The notes: generated by a model from the sequence alone, not told the origin. DNA of 64,000 nucleotides from Ktedonobacteraceae bacterium (GCA_035650355.1 DASRHT010000056.1:23624-87623); one strand, 5' to 3'. Shown: positions 27,193-38,700, numbered from the stretch's first letter. Program-made: numbers and translations.

Positions 27193-28077
27193 TCAACGCT
27201 CTGAAACTGCAATACCGGTATCCCAACTGCCATCGGTGCGCAGTAAGAAATTATCGATTAGACGCACCTGACCAATGTTGGCGGCGATAACCAGCAGTGC
27301 CGGGGCACGCAGCGTCTCCAGAGGCGTGAAACTGCCGGGATCGCGCACCTGGGCATAATCGAGGGAAATCTCCGGTTCCGCGTCGATAACATTTATCATA
27401 GCCCGTTCCACCAGTTGGGGATCTTCCTGGAGATGCGCGTCAAAAACCTGTCGCCCGGCCTGTAATGCGCGGTAAAGCGCCGTAGCGGTCGCGCGGGACT
27501 GTGGATCGAGATAGGAGTTTCGGCTACTCATTGCCAGACCATCTGGCTCACGCACCGTTGGCATGATGATGAGTTGGACCGGGAGGTTAAGATCGGCAAC
27601 CATCCGCGTGATAACTGCAACCTGCTGGGCATCCTTTTGACCAAAATAGGCCCTGTGTGGTCGCACAAGCTCGAACAGTTTGAGTACCACCGTCGCAACG
27701 CCCCGGAAATGCCCCGGTCGATGCGTCCCCTCGCACGCCGTCGCCAGTGGACCCGTTGGCTCTACATAGGTCACGAAACCGGGCGGATAGATCTGGTTGG
27801 CGGGCGGGACAAACACATGATCCACTCTTTCAGCTTCAAGTAGTTGCAGGTCACGCGATAAATTACGAGGGTAACGTTCCAGGTCTTCCTGTGGACCAAA
27901 TTGCGTTGGATTCACAAAAATACTTGCTACCAGCCGCGAATTTTCCTTGCGTGCGCGCCGCATCAGTGAAAGATGCCCCTCATGCAGATAGCCCATCGTT
28001 GGCACAAAGCCAACGTCATCACCTGCCCACTGCCGGGACGCGCTAATCATCTCCTGAACCGTTTTAACAACTTCCAT
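27193..28077 (-). CDS. panC: pantoate--beta-alanine ligase
   Basis: GFVPTMGYLHEGHLSLM (HIGH-like) and FGQKDAQQ motifs. ATG 28077 is preferred over 28164. Confidence 0.9.
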   Translation of the reverse strand: MEVVKTVQEMISASRQWAGDDVGFVPTMGYLHEGHLSLMRRARKENSRLVASIFVNPTQFGPQEDLERYPRNLSRDLQLLEAERVDHVFVPPANQIYPPGFVTYVEPTGPLATACEGTHRPGHFRGVATVVLKLFELVRPHRAYFGQKDAQQVAVITRMVADLNLPVQLIIMPTVREPDGLAMSSRNSYLDPQSRATATALYRALQAGRQVFDAHLQEDPQLVERAMINVIDAEPEISLDYAQVRDPGSFTPLETLRAPALLVIAANIGQVRLIDNFLLRTDGSWDTGIAVSER

Positions 28078-28531
28078 GCAAAATGCGCCCCCTAAATAAA
28101 GTAACACTTCTTTTGAAGAATTGTAACCGTGGAACGTATATGTATTAGGTAAACCTAATATCAAGCAAGCAATGCTGACTTCACCCTGTTGATCATTAAT
28201 CTGGTTACCACTTTGAGATGTCAGATACCTCCGTCCATGCCTTCCTGGGGGAGATATGCGGACTACTCATTACTGATGAACGCATTCGTAATTTATCCCA
28301 TACTCAAGGTGCATGGCAAATCAAAAGGAAAGGAGCGTATCAGCGTAGATACGAGCATTGCCTGAGAGTCTGGCCTGATTATTTACGATAGCATCACCCG
28401 TGCCAACGGTGCTAAAATCCTTACCTCAGCGAGACAAGCAACTGTGACGTCGTGTACCCTTTTTTTGTCCCATCAACTATAGATGATATGGGATAAATTG
28501 GTCGATCCCTTACGAAAGGTTTTCGCTAGTT

Positions 28532-29698
28532 ATGAGCGCAAAAGGGAAAAATATGTATATACCAGGGAAAACCTTGCTGCGCGATGAGGTTCTCACTCAG
28601 CCCATTGCCTGGTATCGTACCATGCGCACCACTCATCCAGTTTATTACCATCCAGAGGACGATCTCTGGGAGGTATTTACTTATTCCGAAGTACAACGCG
28701 TACTTACAGATTACAAAACTTTCTCATCAGAATTTATTCCTGCGAACGCAATGTTGCGTCTCAGTCTTGTTCATCTTGATCCCCCCGGTCACCGGCAGTT
28801 ACGCAACCTGGTTGCCCACACATTTACCCAGCGCAGCGTGGCACGCCTGGCTCCCCGCATCGCGACGATTGTCCATGAGCTGCTTGGCAAGGTGGCCTGT
28901 AAGGGCGGGATGGACGTGGTCAACGATCTAGCCTATCCTCTGCCGGTGCGCGTCATCGCCGAAATGCTAGGAGTGCCACCAGAAGATCACGCCCGCTTCA
29001 AATGCTGGTCCGATGAGGTGATTGAGGGGGCAGGGGATATCAATGCAAAACCACACCTGGCTATGGAACAATATTTTTGTGAGATGCTGGAGCGGCGCAA
29101 AAGGGAGCCTTGTAACGATCTAATCAGCGAGCTGCTGGCTGCCCGCATCGGTGGCGAACAGCTTACCAAAGACCAGCTACTGGGTTTCTGCATGGTTCTG
29201 CTGGTGGCAGGCAATGTCACAACGACCCATTTAATTAGTAACGCTATCATCTGCCTCGACGAGCATCCTGAAGCCATGATGCAACTGCGCCAGAAGCCAG
29301 CGCTGATCCCCGACGCGATTGAAGAGATCATGCGCTACCGCTCCTCCGTACGTTTGATGACGCGGCTCGCGATCAGAGATACGGTGTTGCTGGGCCGGGA
29401 GATCAAAGCAGGCCAGATGGTTATCCCCTGGATTGCGTCCGCCAACCTTGATGAGCAGCAATTCCCCCATGCGGATGTATTTGATATTACACGCTCGCCG
29501 CATAATCACCTGGCTTTTGGCTATGGCATCCATTTCTGCCTGGGAGCGCCCTTAGCGCGTCTTGAGACGAGGATCGCCCTGGAAGCCATGCTGACCCATT
29601 TCCCGACCATGCGGCGCGTGCGCGATATCCCGCTGGAACCATTCCCGAGCCTTATTTTGAACGGGGTCAAACGCTTGCAGATCACTTTCCGATCTTAA
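28532..29698 (+). CDS. cytochrome P450
   Basis: 388 aa. FGYGIHFCLGAPLAR heme-thiolate loop, EEIMRY (ExxR), and AGNVTT I-helix. Confidence 0.92.
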   Translation: MSAKGKNMYIPGKTLLRDEVLTQPIAWYRTMRTTHPVYYHPEDDLWEVFTYSEVQRVLTDYKTFSSEFIPANAMLRLSLVHLDPPGHRQLRNLVAHTFTQRSVARLAPRIATIVHELLGKVACKGGMDVVNDLAYPLPVRVIAEMLGVPPEDHARFKCWSDEVIEGAGDINAKPHLAMEQYFCEMLERRKREPCNDLISELLAARIGGEQLTKDQLLGFCMVLLVAGNVTTTHLISNAIICLDEHPEAMMQLRQKPALIPDAIEEIMRYRSSVRLMTRLAIRDTVLLGREIKAGQMVIPWIASANLDEQQFPHADVFDITRSPHNHLAFGYGIHFCLGAPLARLETRIALEAMLTHFPTMRRVRDIPLEPFPSLILNGVKRLQITFRS

Positions 29699-29727
29699 CA
29701 ATACTCCTTCGTGGTCACCTCCTTACG

Positions 29728-29766
29728 CGAGAGCCACTACCGTTTGGGCGACGGTGGTGGCTCTCG
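29728..29766 (+). terminator. hairpin 3' of P450 gene
   Basis: CGAGAGCCACTACCG (29728-29742) pairs with CGGTGGTGGCTCTCG (29752-29766) with one mismatch. Confidence 0.45.
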
Positions 29767-29898
29767 TGCTTCACTCAATACTTGACTTTGCAATAGCAAT
29801 ATGTTATATGACTAATAGCTAATAGCAATATTCTAAGCTAAACAGAAAATGAAGCTGGAGAGGCGCGACGTTATCCTAAAATTTGAAGGAGCCAAAAA

Positions 29899-30201
29899 AT
29901 GAAGTCCATAAAACTACTTATCGGTCTGGGGTTTATCGTTGCGGGTTTTGTTATCGGCGGGCTCATCCCTATTGGTAGAGGGAATGCGGCTCTTATCGGT
30001 ACCCTCGTGGGTATTGTCGCCTGCTGCCTGTTAATTGATTACAAGAAGAAGCTGCCGACTACCTACACATTGACCCAGGCTCACCAGGACAACGACGGCA
30101 TCAACGAGCAGGCGATTGAAAACGCCACTCTCAAAGCGCGAGAGGCTGCTATGCGTGGCGGTCAGCTTCAAGGAGAACGTATACCGTTTAGCAGGCTCTA
30201 A
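29899..30201 (+). CDS. small membrane protein (hypothetical)
   Basis: GAAGGAG RBS. Two TM segments (LLIGLGFIVAGFVIGGLI and LIGTLVGIVACCLLI). Confidence 0.55.
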   Translation: MKSIKLLIGLGFIVAGFVIGGLIPIGRGNAALIGTLVGIVACCLLIDYKKKLPTTYTLTQAHQDNDGINEQAIENATLKAREAAMRGGQLQGERIPFSRL

Positions 30202-30205
30202 GTGG

Positions 30206-31504
30206 CTACGGTTGATCAGCCCGGGCATGCTCAAACGCTGGATAGACTGGGAGCTGTTGCGCATACGCGGGCCAGCGTTCGCGTAATGTGGCTGCCATTG
30301 TTTGAAACAAGGAGCCGAGCGCTTCCAGATAACCATACTCTGCGGTAGTCTGGGCAAAACGCTCAAAACGGGCCAGGATGCGTTGGCGCATTTTGTAAGG
30401 TTCCCAATAGCGATCTCCGGTTGGGAACTGGGCAACGGCATCGAACTGGCAAAGCAGCAGCACCCAGTAGGCGCAGGCATGCACCAGTCCTCTGGCGAAA
30501 CGCTGGTCATCCATAGATTGCGGGCACGCTGCGACTAATTCTGCTCGATACGCCTGCTCAATGCGCAGAACCAATGAGTGCGGCAACGTCATCGCCTCCC
30601 AGCAGGTAGGAAAGGAGATGCGTGCATACACGATATCGAGAAGCGCGTGCCGATAGTCCCCATTCTCAAAATCAATCAGCCTGGCAACATTTCCGGTCAT
30701 CAGACAGTTCCCGCCGGGACAGGGATCTCCGTGCGTATATGCCAGGAATGGACCCGGCGCATAAAGAGCCTGAATGACCGTCTCCAGGTCTGCGGCTGCG
30801 GCGCGCGATATGGTGAGAGAGAGCGCGTCGGCTGCCTGGCGCAAGACAAAGCGCATCCAGTGGAAGCTGGCGAAACCCGCCTGCCTGACCTCCTCCGGTA
30901 GCGTCTGCACCAGCTTTTCGTATGTCTCGTGATTGCGTTGCCAGTGGGGAACCCATCCCCAGGAAGGCCGATGGGGCGCAATGGCTTCACGGATATCCCT
31001 GAACTTTGCCTCTTTGCCCATCGTGCTGGCATGTAATCTCCCCAGCACCGCTGCCCACAGCAAAAGCGCCTCTTCTGCCTGGCGCGGATCTTTCCCTTTG
31101 AGAACAGAACCGAGATCCTTTTTGGTTTTGAGGTCTTCCATCACAAGAAGATCCGCCGGGCAATCCGGCGTCGCGCGCCTTGCTGCATAGAAACGCGGAA
31201 CGATGAGTGTGTCACTGGCAACTTCATTGAGAAACTGTAGCCCGGCCCAATCATTGAAAAAGCGGTAACGGGTCGATGGATAGCTTGCGTCTTTAGCCTC
31301 GTCCATCTCATTGGCGGGCAGTCGTTTGACGATCAGGCTGCTTCCCAGTTCAGCCGGTCCTGCGCGCACAACAAAACGGCAAATATTGGGGCGGTCCGGT
31401 ATCCGGTGCGGACGAGCCAGCGATACAGGCGCATGGTAGGTATTTGCAAGTAACTCCTCCACTTGTCGGCGTAACTGTGCGGTCTCGCGTCGATGCAGTA
31501 TCAT
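30206..31504 (-). CDS. phosphotransferase (APH/choline-kinase-like) family protein
   Basis: 432 aa. YTHGDPCPGGNCLM (HGD..N catalytic loop) and LIDFENGDY (DFx metal-binding). Confidence 0.7.
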   Translation of the reverse strand: MILHRRETAQLRRQVEELLANTYHAPVSLARPHRIPDRPNICRFVVRAGPAELGSSLIVKRLPANEMDEAKDASYPSTRYRFFNDWAGLQFLNEVASDTLIVPRFYAARRATPDCPADLLVMEDLKTKKDLGSVLKGKDPRQAEEALLLWAAVLGRLHASTMGKEAKFRDIREAIAPHRPSWGWVPHWQRNHETYEKLVQTLPEEVRQAGFASFHWMRFVLRQAADALSLTISRAAAADLETVIQALYAPGPFLAYTHGDPCPGGNCLMTGNVARLIDFENGDYRHALLDIVYARISFPTCWEAMTLPHSLVLRIEQAYRAELVAACPQSMDDQRFARGLVHACAYWVLLLCQFDAVAQFPTGDRYWEPYKMRQRILARFERFAQTTAEYGYLEALGSLFQTMAATLRERWPAYAQQLPVYPAFEHARADQP

Positions 31505-31518
31505 GTTCTCTCCCGGTT

Positions 31519-32160
31519 TTACGGCTTGTCGATGCCCAATCTCGCCGCCACATCAGGTGCGGTCACAGGATAAACCTGTTCGCGAGGGGTAACTAGCTGC
31601 TGATAATCATGCGCCTGAACATGTTGATATTGCTGGCGAACAAAATCGGAGATATCCTCAATCTCGATAATCCATTCGCGGGCGTACCGTGCCAGCACCG
31701 GACCACGCATTCCGAGTTGGATGGCGCGCCGTTCCATCTTTGCCCCGACCGGATCATGATCGGGGTCCCATTGCAATCGCACGGATGATTGCTCAACCGC
31801 TTGCTTCCATGCTTCCTCGCTCGCATACGTCTCCGCCACATAGTGCGAATGAACCGCCTCCGCCAGCAAGCTATCAAAAGCGGATCGTTTGAGCCGCACC
31901 GCCAACGTCACCTCCTGCCCCTCTTTACTCCCCCAACCGCTTCTGTACATCATCCATAGAAAATTCGGTTTCACCCAGGACATCCGCGAAAGAGAAAACT
32001 CGCCTCCAAAATATCCATGCCGGGCCGCGAAATGCCCAATCGCGGGCCGGTATGCCTGATAGACAATAATCGAGTCGTCATCATACTGCGCCAGAATGTG
32101 GCGACCCGTACGGGGCCAGCGGGCGAGTTGGGTGAGATAAGGTTCGGTGGTAAGATGCAT
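31519..32160 (-). CDS. DUF4291-like protein
   Basis: 213 aa. ILAQYDDDSIIVYQAYRP and SRMSWVKPNFLWMMYRSGW match my recollection of DUF4291. No known function. Confidence 0.6.
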   Translation of the reverse strand: MHLTTEPYLTQLARWPRTGRHILAQYDDDSIIVYQAYRPAIGHFAARHGYFGGEFSLSRMSWVKPNFLWMMYRSGWGSKEGQEVTLAVRLKRSAFDSLLAEAVHSHYVAETYASEEAWKQAVEQSSVRLQWDPDHDPVGAKMERRAIQLGMRGPVLARYAREWIIEIEDISDFVRQQYQHVQAHDYQQLVTPREQVYPVTAPDVAARLGIDKP

Positions 32161-32233
32161 TCACATTGCCTCTTTACAAAAGTAATCTTCAACGCTTAGT
32201 AAAGCCATTACTTCTTTCTATACCGCTGCTGCT

Positions 32234-32659
32234 TTACTCATTGGGTGTCTGGAACTGAAAGAAGGAAGCATCGACTACCTGAGCCCACTCCCCCTCGTGT
32301 TTTTCATAGACGGAAACCCAGGCGCACCGGAACGAGAAGTCTCGTTCCTCCGAAAGCGCCACTTCCTGAGAAGCTTGTACGCGTATCTCCCCAATCACCC
32401 ATGCCATGCTGGCATCCGCGGAGAGATGAATGATTGGGGCCGTTATCTCATGGATGGCAGCAAAATGCGTTCGCCGGAAATACTGATCGATGGCAGGCAA
32501 CGCTTCCTCTTTGCTACGAAGCCGGATTCCTCCAGCGCGGACATCATACCACTGGGAGGCATATGCCGCCAGAAACGCTCCAGCGTCTTTCTCCAAATGG
32601 GCTTGCAAAGCAGTTCTGTGCAGTTGCAAGAGCCTGGCTTTTTCTTGCTCGCTGTTCAT
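32234..32659 (-). CDS. NTF2-like / SnoaL-DUF4440 family protein
   Basis: 141 aa, cone-like alpha+beta pattern. No catalytic motif identified. Confidence 0.5.
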   Translation of the reverse strand: MNSEQEKARLLQLHRTALQAHLEKDAGAFLAAYASQWYDVRAGGIRLRSKEEALPAIDQYFRRTHFAAIHEITAPIIHLSADASMAWVIGEIRVQASQEVALSEERDFSFRCAWVSVYEKHEGEWAQVVDASFFQFQTPNE

Positions 32660-32871
32660 ACGGTCTCCTCTGCACCTGTGTTCTCAACCAGGAACATCTC
32701 TCTTCTCCAGATGAGTGAAAGATGGATTGCTGAGAATCAGTATCTCACAAAAAGCAAGTGACTGGCACCATGATCATAAGCAGGCGCAGCCATATGAACA
32801 ATCCCGTTTCATTGAGCAATTTACTGATCAGCTTGTCCTCAAAGCTGTGTCTGAGCCAGACAATACTGGCG

Positions 32872-32935
32872 ATTAAAAATCCCTCCTGACTTAGATCGAG
32901 TTGTTCTGTTTCTAACTCAATCTAAGCCAGGAGGG
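32872..32935 (-). terminator. intrinsic terminator of the 32990-34177 gene
   Basis: CCCTCCTGACTTAGAT..ATCTAAGCCAGGAGGG long stem (32881-32935), followed on the minus strand by ATTTTTAATC. Confidence 0.6.
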
Positions 32936-32989
32936 GTTTTGTCAGATCATCCATCCCTTTTGTCAAGTTCGGGATGACCCGCCACCCTA

Positions 32990-34177
32990 TTAATTGGCGC
33001 TGAGTACGTCCAGGGTATTGGTATTGTCGTCGGTAAAAAAGACCTTGAGATTGCCTTGCTGATCTTTTACTGCGCCGATGCCGAAGAGGGCTGAGCCGTT
33101 GCCATTGGCGGGATCGACCGGCACGTTATCCAATTGACGCACACCGATGGCCTTGCTGTGTGCCATGTCCACTTCCACCAGGTTGTTGTCGTTGAGATTG
33201 ACGACCAGCACAGCATTAGTATCAAGCGGATTGAGAGCGAAGCCGCCGGGAGTGTTGAGAGGCTTGCCCTGAAATACTGTCATGCCCTTGTCGGTTGATT
33301 TGTTGGCTGTGGTATTGAGTGTGGTACTATTGGGAAAGGCGGCGATGCGGTTATTGGCAGGATCGAGCGCGAGCAGCACATCGTTGTGTTGGTGGCCCTG
33401 AATGGTCAGCGAGGGGGTCCAGATCAGGCCGATCTTCGTTTTCTCAACCATTTTGGTCAACTGGCCAACCTGGAATACCTTGAAGGTGAGCTTGCCATTG
33501 ACAACGACGAGATCAATGCGGTCAATCGTGGCATCTAAGGCATTGCTGGCGAAGAAAGACGCGATTGAGCCATCGATAGGATTTTTGCGCCCCTGATTAA
33601 ACGCCATACCCCAGGGATGGTTGAAGAGAGGGTTGGTCAGGGTGAATTCAACCGTGCCATTGGGGCGGAAGACTTGTACGTTATTGCCAGCAAGATTGGC
33701 GACCCAATCAGTGCCGGTCGTGGTATTGATGGCCTGCATGGCAGGTCCTTTGGTGTTAGCGTCGGGCGTGTTGAAGATATGGGCCGGCCCTTTGGCGTTC
33801 GGGAAGCGCACAATGACGCCGCCATCATGATTATTGCCAATATCGGTGACCACAACATCGCCAGTCTTCAGACCGTTGGACAGATTTGATGCGGGAGTAT
33901 TGGCGGGAACAATAGCGATTCCATAAGGATTGGGGTCAACGGGGACTGTTTTGCCATTGGCATCGATAACAAACGCGGTACTGCCCACTTCTGAGATGCG
34001 CGTCAAGCCAGCGATATGGATGACTGCATTATCTCGATCATGGTTGTTGCCTTTAGCGGCGGCCCAGGGTACGTAGCCACGGAACTGGCTGGCGAAGGCT
34101 GGAATGATTGAGAATGCCATTACAGCAACCAGGAGTATTGCGCTGGCAATCAGGGCTAGCAGATTTCGCTTGATCAT
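32990..34177 (-). CDS. secreted repeat protein, probably beta-propeller (hypothetical)
   Basis: ATG 34177 gives the signal-like N-terminus MIKRNLLALIASAILLVAVMAFSIIPAFA. Recurrent NN..V..F/D motifs. The longer ORF start at 34294 is unlikely. Confidence 0.55.
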   Translation of the reverse strand: MIKRNLLALIASAILLVAVMAFSIIPAFASQFRGYVPWAAAKGNNHDRDNAVIHIAGLTRISEVGSTAFVIDANGKTVPVDPNPYGIAIVPANTPASNLSNGLKTGDVVVTDIGNNHDGGVIVRFPNAKGPAHIFNTPDANTKGPAMQAINTTTGTDWVANLAGNNVQVFRPNGTVEFTLTNPLFNHPWGMAFNQGRKNPIDGSIASFFASNALDATIDRIDLVVVNGKLTFKVFQVGQLTKMVEKTKIGLIWTPSLTIQGHQHNDVLLALDPANNRIAAFPNSTTLNTTANKSTDKGMTVFQGKPLNTPGGFALNPLDTNAVLVVNLNDNNLVEVDMAHSKAIGVRQLDNVPVDPANGNGSALFGIGAVKDQQGNLKVFFTDDNTNTLDVLSAN

Positions 34178-34700
34178 GCAAGATTTCCTACTTTCTTTCA
34201 CTTCTGCGTTTGGATGCCTCCCTAAAAGGGGGAAGCATCTGTGAGTATAGGGCGGGGAGTCACCGCCGATACTTGTAGGCGCCGATAAAGGCAAGAGTAT
34301 CTGTAAGCGTGCGAACTCGATTAGAAGAGTAGCATGGAAAATAGCGTGTCATCATACATTGGCGCAAGTTTAATGAAAAAGTACCAATACGTGGTTGAGA
34401 AGTCTTAACCGTAAAAATCGCTCAATAGAGAAATGGTAACTCTTTCTCAGGGGATTGAAAAAACGAGACAGCGATTACGTGAGCGTTGATGCTCAACCTC
34501 GTTGGACGCGGAATTCATTGGAGAAGCCACATCGATGCTGGTGCAAAGATAGGCGCTAAAGCGGACGCGGTAAACCAGGTCGGTACGGTAATGGCGGCGT
34601 TTCAGGTGGAAGAGTTAGGGGCAAGGGGTGGCGTGGGGATGGGCGGGGGCCTTGCGCTTGCCCTGCGGATTAGGAGGGGGCTTGTCCTTAGGAAAAGGGC

Positions 34701-34754
34701 TTGACAGCAGTGAGTATTGGTATTATCCTCTTTACTAAATGGTCATTTAGTAAA
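34701..34754 (+). promoter_or_regulatory. candidate promoter plus 24-bp palindromic operator
   Basis: TTGACA at 34701-34706 and TATCCT at 34724-34729. Palindrome TTTACTAAATG-GT-CATTTAGTAAA at 34731-34754. Confidence 0.4.
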
Positions 34755-34895
34755 CTGATTGGTGCTGCTTTGAAAGTATACCGCGCTCCAACGCTCCCAC
34801 GATGAAGCGGGGAGTGACAGGGCAACCGCAAGGGATATCTTGCAATTCCGCCTGCCAACGCTCCTACGATCAATCGGGGAGCTACCGCGTCTAGC

Positions 34896-34921
34896 AGGGC
34901 AGGGGCAAGCCCTGCCCCTAC
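34896..34921. repeat. REP family 1 copy between operator and tetR-family gene
   Basis: AGGGCAGGGGCAAGCCCTGCCCCTAC. Confidence 0.85.
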
Positions 34922-34979
34922 GGCGGGCGGCAAAGAAGGCCCCTACGGAGCGCGGCATCGAAGTAGAAGGGAATACGGT

Positions 34980-35624
34980 GTGGCAAAGAACGGCTCGGAT
35001 CACTTTTCGTCGGCTCTTGACCGGGAAACGCGGCGGCAGATCCTTAAAGTTGCCGAGGAACTTTTTCTTGCTCGCGGCTATAAAGGCGTCTCGATGAAGG
35101 ATGTCGCAGAGGCGGTTCAGGTCACGCCCGCAGCCCTCTATTACCATTTTCCGCAGGGCAAGGAAGACCTCTTTATGAGTACGATCCAGGCCCTGTTCGA
35201 AGAATGGGCGGCAGGCGTCTCGCGCGCCATCGCGCCCGCTCAGGAGATTCGCGAACGCTTGCAATTGCTTACCGAGTACTTGCTGACGCTGCCGGTCAAC
35301 CATTTTCCAACTCTGGCACAGGATGCGCACGAACATATGAAGGACCGCGAGAAACAGCGCGCCATCTTTCACCAGTTGCGCGAGATGTTTATGCGCCAGA
35401 TCATTGACGTTTTTCAACAGGCAAAGGACGCTGGCGAGATCCGTGCCGATATCTCCATTCCTGTGCTGGCCAACATGTACCAGGGCATGATCATTGCATC
35501 ATTGCAACAGAAGCATATCTCAGCCAAAAAAGCTGAAGTTGTAGAGGTATCGGAACTGTCCGCGACGCTTATTTCAGTACTATTGGATGGCATCAAACAG
35601 CCCGTGCAACCAGATAGCTTTTAA
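34980..35624 (+). CDS. TetR/AcrR family transcriptional regulator
   Basis: 214 aa. RRQILKVAEELFLARGYKGVSMKDVAEAVQVTPAALYYHF is a TetR_N HTH. Confidence 0.9.
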   Translation: MAKNGSDHFSSALDRETRRQILKVAEELFLARGYKGVSMKDVAEAVQVTPAALYYHFPQGKEDLFMSTIQALFEEWAAGVSRAIAPAQEIRERLQLLTEYLLTLPVNHFPTLAQDAHEHMKDREKQRAIFHQLREMFMRQIIDVFQQAKDAGEIRADISIPVLANMYQGMIIASLQQKHISAKKAEVVEVSELSATLISVLLDGIKQPVQPDSF

Positions 35625-35648
35625 ATACGTATTAGTTTTTAAATCTAA

Positions 35649-35668
35649 CTTATTAAACGTTTAGTAAG
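35649..35668. promoter_or_regulatory. second operator-like palindrome upstream of RND gene
   Basis: CTTATTAAAC/GTTTAGTAAG (one mismatch) shares the TTTAGTAA half-site with 34731-34754. Confidence 0.4.
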
Positions 35669-35706
35669 TCCGGCACACGGAGGATATTCAGAAGGAGCAT
35701 ACTATT

Positions 35707-38700
35707 ATGTCCTTTCTTTCCAGGTTAAGCCTGGCGAATAAAAGTATCGTGGCCCTTGCCACTATCGCGATTCTGCTCTTTGGCGCGGTCGTGATCCCTT
35801 CTCTCAAACGGGAGCTGCTGCCGTCGATAGCCTTTCCCGCCGTCTCTGTTGTCAGCGTCTACCCTGGCGCTTCCCCTGCCAGCGTTGAGCAAGATGTGAC
35901 CAATCCGCTGGAAAAAAACTTTCAGGGTATCGCAGGACTTCAGCAGCTCACATCCTTTTCCAATGAGGGCGTCTCGATCATTATTGCCGAATATGATTTT
36001 AATACTGATCTGGATAAAGCCAGCCAGAATTTGACCCAACTGATCAGCAAAACGCAATCAAGCCTGCCCGCCAATGTCACGCCGCAGGTTCAAACATTCA
36101 ATATTTCAGATCAGCCGATCATTCGCCTGGCTGTGACCTCTTCCGCCAATCAGCAGGATCTGGCAACGCAGCTCAATCAGAATGTCGTTCCGGTGTTGCA
36201 GGGCATTGATGGCGTCGCCAATGTCACCCTCACGGGGGTACGCAATCAGATCGTGACGGTGGCGCTTGATCTGAAGAAGTTGCAGGATAACGGGTTGAGC
36301 GTCACCCAGGTCCAGGGCGCGCTCCAGGCCAATAACCTGACGCTGCCGGCGGGCGAGGTCAACAACAACGACCAGACCGTAGCCATACGCGTTGGCAACA
36401 CCCTGAACTCGCTCGACGATCTGAAAAATCTGGTCGTCGGCTTGCACACCTCCATACCGGCAGGCGTGGGTGGGGGAACAACGATCCCGGGTATTCCTGG
36501 TAGAACGGGACAGGGCGCATTTAACGTTGCACCATCCGCTCCACCCACTCCCGTCAGGCTCAAGGATGTGGCGACGGTGACGCAAGATCTGGCTCCCTCC
36601 ACCACATTGACCCGTACCAACGGCAAGCCGAGCCTGGGCCTTTTAATCACCAAGACCTCCAGCGGCAATACTGTTACCATCTCGCAAGCGATCAACGACA
36701 AGCTACCGGACCTGGAAAAGCAGCTCGGCTCCGATGCGAAAATCACGGTCATTTCGGACCAGGCTCCCACCATTCAGTCCTCTATTAACGATCTGGTGCG
36801 GGAGGGGCTGGTCGGAGCCGGCTTTGCCATTCTCGTCATCCTGCTTTTCCTGCTCTCGATCCGCTCGACGCTGGTGACGGCCATCTCTATTCCCCTTTCG
36901 GTTGTGATTGCTTTGATCGGGCTGTGGGTTGGCAACTATTCGCTAAACGTGCTGACGCTGGGCGGGCTGACGATTGCCATCGGGCGCGTGGTTGACGACT
37001 CGATTGTCGTGCTGGAGAACATTTATCGCCATATGCATCTTGGCGAAGACAAGCTCACCGCTGTGCTCCAGGGGGTGCGCGAGGTCGCCGGAGCGATTAC
37101 CGCTTCGACCATCACCACCGTCGCGGTCTTTCTGCCCATCGCCTTTACCACCGGCATCGTGGGCGAATTTTTCCAGCCGTTCTCCATCGCCGTGACGGTT
37201 GCCCTGCTGGCCTCGCTCTTCGTGGCCCTGACCATCATTCCCGTACTGGCCTACTGGTTTATGAAACCGCCAAAGCGGCGTCAGGAGCAAAATGGACATG
37301 AGCGGCTCACGATTTTGGAGCGGGCGTACATTCCTCTAGTGCGCACGGTGACGCGTTTTCGCGTGCTGACGCTGCTCGTGGCCTTGCTGCTGCTCGTCGG
37401 CACCTTCTCGCTCTACCCTTTCCTGGAGACCAACCTCTTCGGCAATGCGACGCAGAATACGTTCAGCATCAATCTTCAGCTCCCTGCCAGTAGCAGCCTG
37501 GAGCGCACCGACGCTGCCGCACAAAAAGTCGAGAATGTGTTAGCGGGCATCCAGGGGATTCAGACGTATCAGGTGACGGTGGGATCGAATGGTTCCGTCT
37601 TGTCCCTGTCGTCCAGCGGCTCCAATAGCGCCTCTTTCGCCGTGACGACCGATCCCAACGCCGATCAAAATGCGATCCAGCAGAAAGTGCGCGATCAGCT
37701 TAAAAACCTGACCGATATCGGCACCTTTACCCTTTCCAGCCAGGGAGGAGGCGGCAATAACTCGGCTATTGCCGTCAACGTCCAGGCGAACGACGATCAG
37801 ACGTTGCGCCAGGCCACGCAGCAGGTGTTCAACGCCGTCTCGCAGGCTCCTGATCTAACCGACGTGACAAGCTCTCTCACCGATGCTGCACCATTGATAG
37901 ATGTGCGTGTGGACGCTCAAAAGGCTGCCAGTCACGGCATGACTGCCGCGCAGGTTGGTCAGACCTTGCGCGACATCTATACCGGCACAACCGTGACCCA
38001 TGTGACACTGAATGGGACGCTACAGGATGTCGATCTCAAATTGGGCACGCCCGCGAACACCGTTCAGGGCATCCAGGATATGCTCATTCCCACCACGACC
38101 GGCAATGTGCGGCTCGGCGATCTGGCCGATGTCACTCAGACCACCGGCCCCACGCAGATAACGCATATCGCCACTAACCGGACCGCGACGATCAACGCCA
38201 CCGTTACCAGTCAGAACGTCGGAGCTGTCAGCATTGATGTACAGAACCGCGTCAACAAATTGAGCCTGCCGAGCGGCGCCACCGTTTCGCTGGGTGGCGT
38301 GACGACTCAGCAGCAGCAGGCATTCCAGAGCCTGGGACTGGCCCTGCTGGCGGCGATAGTGCTGGTCTATGTCGTCATGGTCGCGACCTTCCGCAGCTTA
38401 TTGCAGCCGTTGATTCTGATGATCGCGATCCCCTTCGCGGCTACTGGCTCCATTCTGCTGTTGCTGGCGACGCATACCGCGCTGGGTCTGCCCTCGCTGA
38501 TCGGCGTATTGATGCTGGTCGGGATTGTCGTCACCAACGCCATTGTCTTACTCGACCTGGTTAATCAGTATCGCAACCGGGGGTTGGATGCGCGTGCAGC
38601 CGTAGTCGAGGGGGGCCGTCGCCGCGTTCGCCCCATCCTGATGACGGCCATCGCCACGATCCTGGCCCTGATCCCGATGGCGCTCAACCTCGGCGGCTCC

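Noticed and set aside
28532-29698. Cytochrome P450 as a possible tailoring enzyme for the exported peptides
   Set aside because: It lies 6.5 kb beyond the exporter. It is separated from it by the sigma/anti-sigma pair and the housekeeping ilvC-panB-panC genes, and it has its own terminator. Nothing supports a functional link.
34743-35417. 224-aa minus-strand ORF
   Set aside because: Antisense to the TetR-family gene, and it runs through REP sequences.
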